Shown here: one piece after another, positions 62,302-64,000 of the stretch
Layout of the letters: every line of letters starts with the position of its first letter
Numbering within the stretch: the stretch's first letter is position 1
Source: an uncultured Armatimonadia bacterium
GTDB taxonomy: Bacteria; Armatimonadota; Zipacnadia; CAVVLO01
Assembly (NCBI GenBank): GCA_963749155.1
Contig: CAVVLO010000005.1
Coordinates: forward strand, 480,001 to 544,000
Direction: 5' to 3'
DNA length: 64,000 nt
The notes under the pieces: generated by a model
Databases searched by the model: none
Seen by the model: only the letters and a program-made list of their open reading frames with translations
Told to the model about the DNA's origin: nothing
Translations under genes and position numbers: made by a program

Positions 62302-63816
62302 CTAATCTGGAGTCCTGGTGACAGCTATTTTGCGCAAGCGCAGGATTACACGAGTCTCGGTTATTTGACGGGAGACCGCCACCGGATGCCGTTGGAAGCC
62401 CCCTTCCACGAAGCCCAGGGCCAGCAGATGGGCCGAATCGAGGTGCCTGGCGAGGAGTTCGGATGCTTGCCTTCGCAGAGCTTGCCGGGGCAGCGCGGGG
62501 CCAGCCAGGGTATCGTGCAGGCGCGTCGCCCACAGGTTGTGGACCAGCGGAGCAGGCAGGAGTTCGCCAAAACGGAGATTCACATAGCGGGCAAGTTTCT
62601 CGAAAAGCTCGGGCCGGGCTTCTTCGAAGGGGAAGACCTGCGGGGTCGAAGTGTTGGCGGGCGCCTCGTCCGGAGAGCGCCAGTCCACCAATAGCCAGCC
62701 ATGCGCTCTGGCAAGCATCAGGGCGGCCTCTTCCACCAGCCCCTGAGCCAGTCTTACCGCCTGGCGACCGGTACCAAGCCGGTTGGACAGCTCCCGGAAG
62801 GGCAGCAGCAGCTCTTTTGCGCCTGTTTTGCTGGCAGCGAGGAGGCAAGCCTGCTCCTTGCCTTCGAGAGGGCAGGTAAGCGCCACGGTGCGCTCGGGGC
62901 CAAGCGCGCCCACTGTCAGGGTAAGCGCGAGCAGGCTGCGCGGTTCCTCGTTCACAATCACCAAAGCGCGCGAGGCGCCCGCAGCGCCCAGTTCGGCCCG
63001 GATACCTGTCGCAAGGGCCTGGAACAGGGCTTCTTCCTCCGCCAGCGCGCCAAAGGCAAGGCCTTTTTCCGCAGGCCGAGTCGCCTCGCACAGCTTGAAA
63101 GGCAGCTCTAACCGGGGAAGGGGCGATGCAACAAGCGGGCTTTTGCGCCCAATCGCCACTTTTGCCACCAGCAGGCTCTGCTGGAAGCTGGGCGCGCGCC
63201 CGACGATGTCACCCTCTGGCCCTGCGATGAGGCTTCCGCCGCCAAGTACGTAGCCTTCCAATACGCCTACGGGATTAACGTAGAACACTGGCAAGCCAAG
63301 CGCCTTCGCTTCAGCACCGAGAGCTTCGTCATAGAGGGAAAGGTCCTCTCCCAGATAACGCCTTTGGCCTGTCAGACACACCACTTGCGCGCCGGCCTCG
63401 GCCACGCGCTGAAGGGCTTCTTCCGAGTGGGGCAGGCTCAGCACCGCTACCCGCACATCGGCCGCATCAATCAGAAATTCGCCAGAGTCTACCTCCACAA
63501 GCTTGCCGCCTGCAAAGACGAGAAAGCGGCCCTTGAAGCCAGCGCAGACCGGATGGGGAAGAGGCAGCACCAGCACGGCTTTCGTGGAGAGCCCGAGCAG
63601 AGTCTTGAAAAGGCCGTGCCAGGCCTCCGGAACCTCGATGCTGGACGGCTGGCTATGCCCGCACAGGCAAAGAGAGGGCAGCACGATGAGTCTTGCGCCC
63701 TTGCCTGCGGCTTCTTCAGCCGCTTCGGCCAGCCTGCGGGCATTCTCCCAGTCGGAGCCTCGGATAAACTCCACCTGGGCCAGCGCCCCGGTCAGTTGCT
63801 TCCTGCGGCCAAGCAT
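62302..63816 (-). CDS. Degenerate glutamine-dependent NAD+ synthetase paralogue (nitrilase-like + synthetase-like domains)
   Basis: ALAQ..., GARLIVLPSL, YVNPVG...GGSLIAGPEG nitrilase fold; EALFQALATGIR synthetase-domain start; catalytic motifs missing. Confidence 0.7.
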   Translation of the reverse strand: MLGRRKQLTGALAQVEFIRGSDWENARRLAEAAEEAAGKGARLIVLPSLCLCGHSQPSSIEVPEAWHGLFKTLLGLSTKAVLVLPLPHPVCAGFKGRFLVFAGGKLVEVDSGEFLIDAADVRVAVLSLPHSEEALQRVAEAGAQVVCLTGQRRYLGEDLSLYDEALGAEAKALGLPVFYVNPVGVLEGYVLGGGSLIAGPEGDIVGRAPSFQQSLLVAKVAIGRKSPLVASPLPRLELPFKLCEATRPAEKGLAFGALAEEEALFQALATGIRAELGAAGASRALVIVNEEPRSLLALTLTVGALGPERTVALTCPLEGKEQACLLAASKTGAKELLLPFRELSNRLGTGRQAVRLAQGLVEEAALMLARAHGWLLVDWRSPDEAPANTSTPQVFPFEEARPELFEKLARYVNLRFGELLPAPLVHNLWATRLHDTLAGPALPRQALRRQASELLARHLDSAHLLALGFVEGGFQRHPVAVSRQITETRVILRLRKIAVTRTPD

Positions 63817-63827
63817 CTTCTCTCTGC

Positions 63828-64000
63828 CTAAAGCTCGTGATATTTGGAGGTAATCGGCATACGGCGGTCTTTCCCGAAGGCCCTCGGAGTTATCTTAACG
63901 CCAGGGGGGGCCTGCCGACGCTTGTATTCGCTGCGGTCAATCATCCGGGTTACTTTCCGCACCAGTGCCTCATCGTAGCCCTTCTCGACCAGCGTGCGGG
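63828..64000 (-). CDS. nadE: NAD+ synthetase, 3' end (partial)
   Basis: Manual translation: [54 protein letters not shown]. Confidence 0.9.
   Translation of the reverse strand, partial: RTLVEKGYDEALVRKVTRMIDRSEYKRRQAPPGVKITPRAFGKDRRMPITSKYHEL

Overview
Bacterial chromosomal window, GC-rich by eye. A DUF1559-type prepilin protein and a DUF6785-type membrane protein hint at an Armatimonadota/Planctomycetota-like lineage, but this is not established. The left two-thirds carry many large, often secreted glycoside-hydrolase-like genes, four GT-C (ArnT/PMT-like) glycosyltransferases, a ceramidase-like gene plus PadR, a metallophosphoesterase-phoU-pstB group, nikR, an ABC exporter and several housekeeping-type enzymes. 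An accessory island at about 43,980-53,820 holds small membrane-protein genes bounded by two families of palindromic REP-like repeats. It then holds an array of four orphan Rhs modules, three of them with hydrophobic, Cys-rich C-termini followed by TolB-like lipoprotein or membrane-protein partner genes. The two ends of the Rhs array join, minus 5 nt, into one continuous Rhs core, so the array looks circularly permuted. The right end has an MBL-NifB/X-two MinD/ferredoxin ATPase cluster, a GT2, a prepilin-domain protein and the 3' end of nadE followed by an apparently catalytically dead NadE paralogue. Many genes are split by 1-nt indels, which suggests long-read consensus error, with possible real decay in the island. 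All family calls come from motif recognition only; no searches were run.
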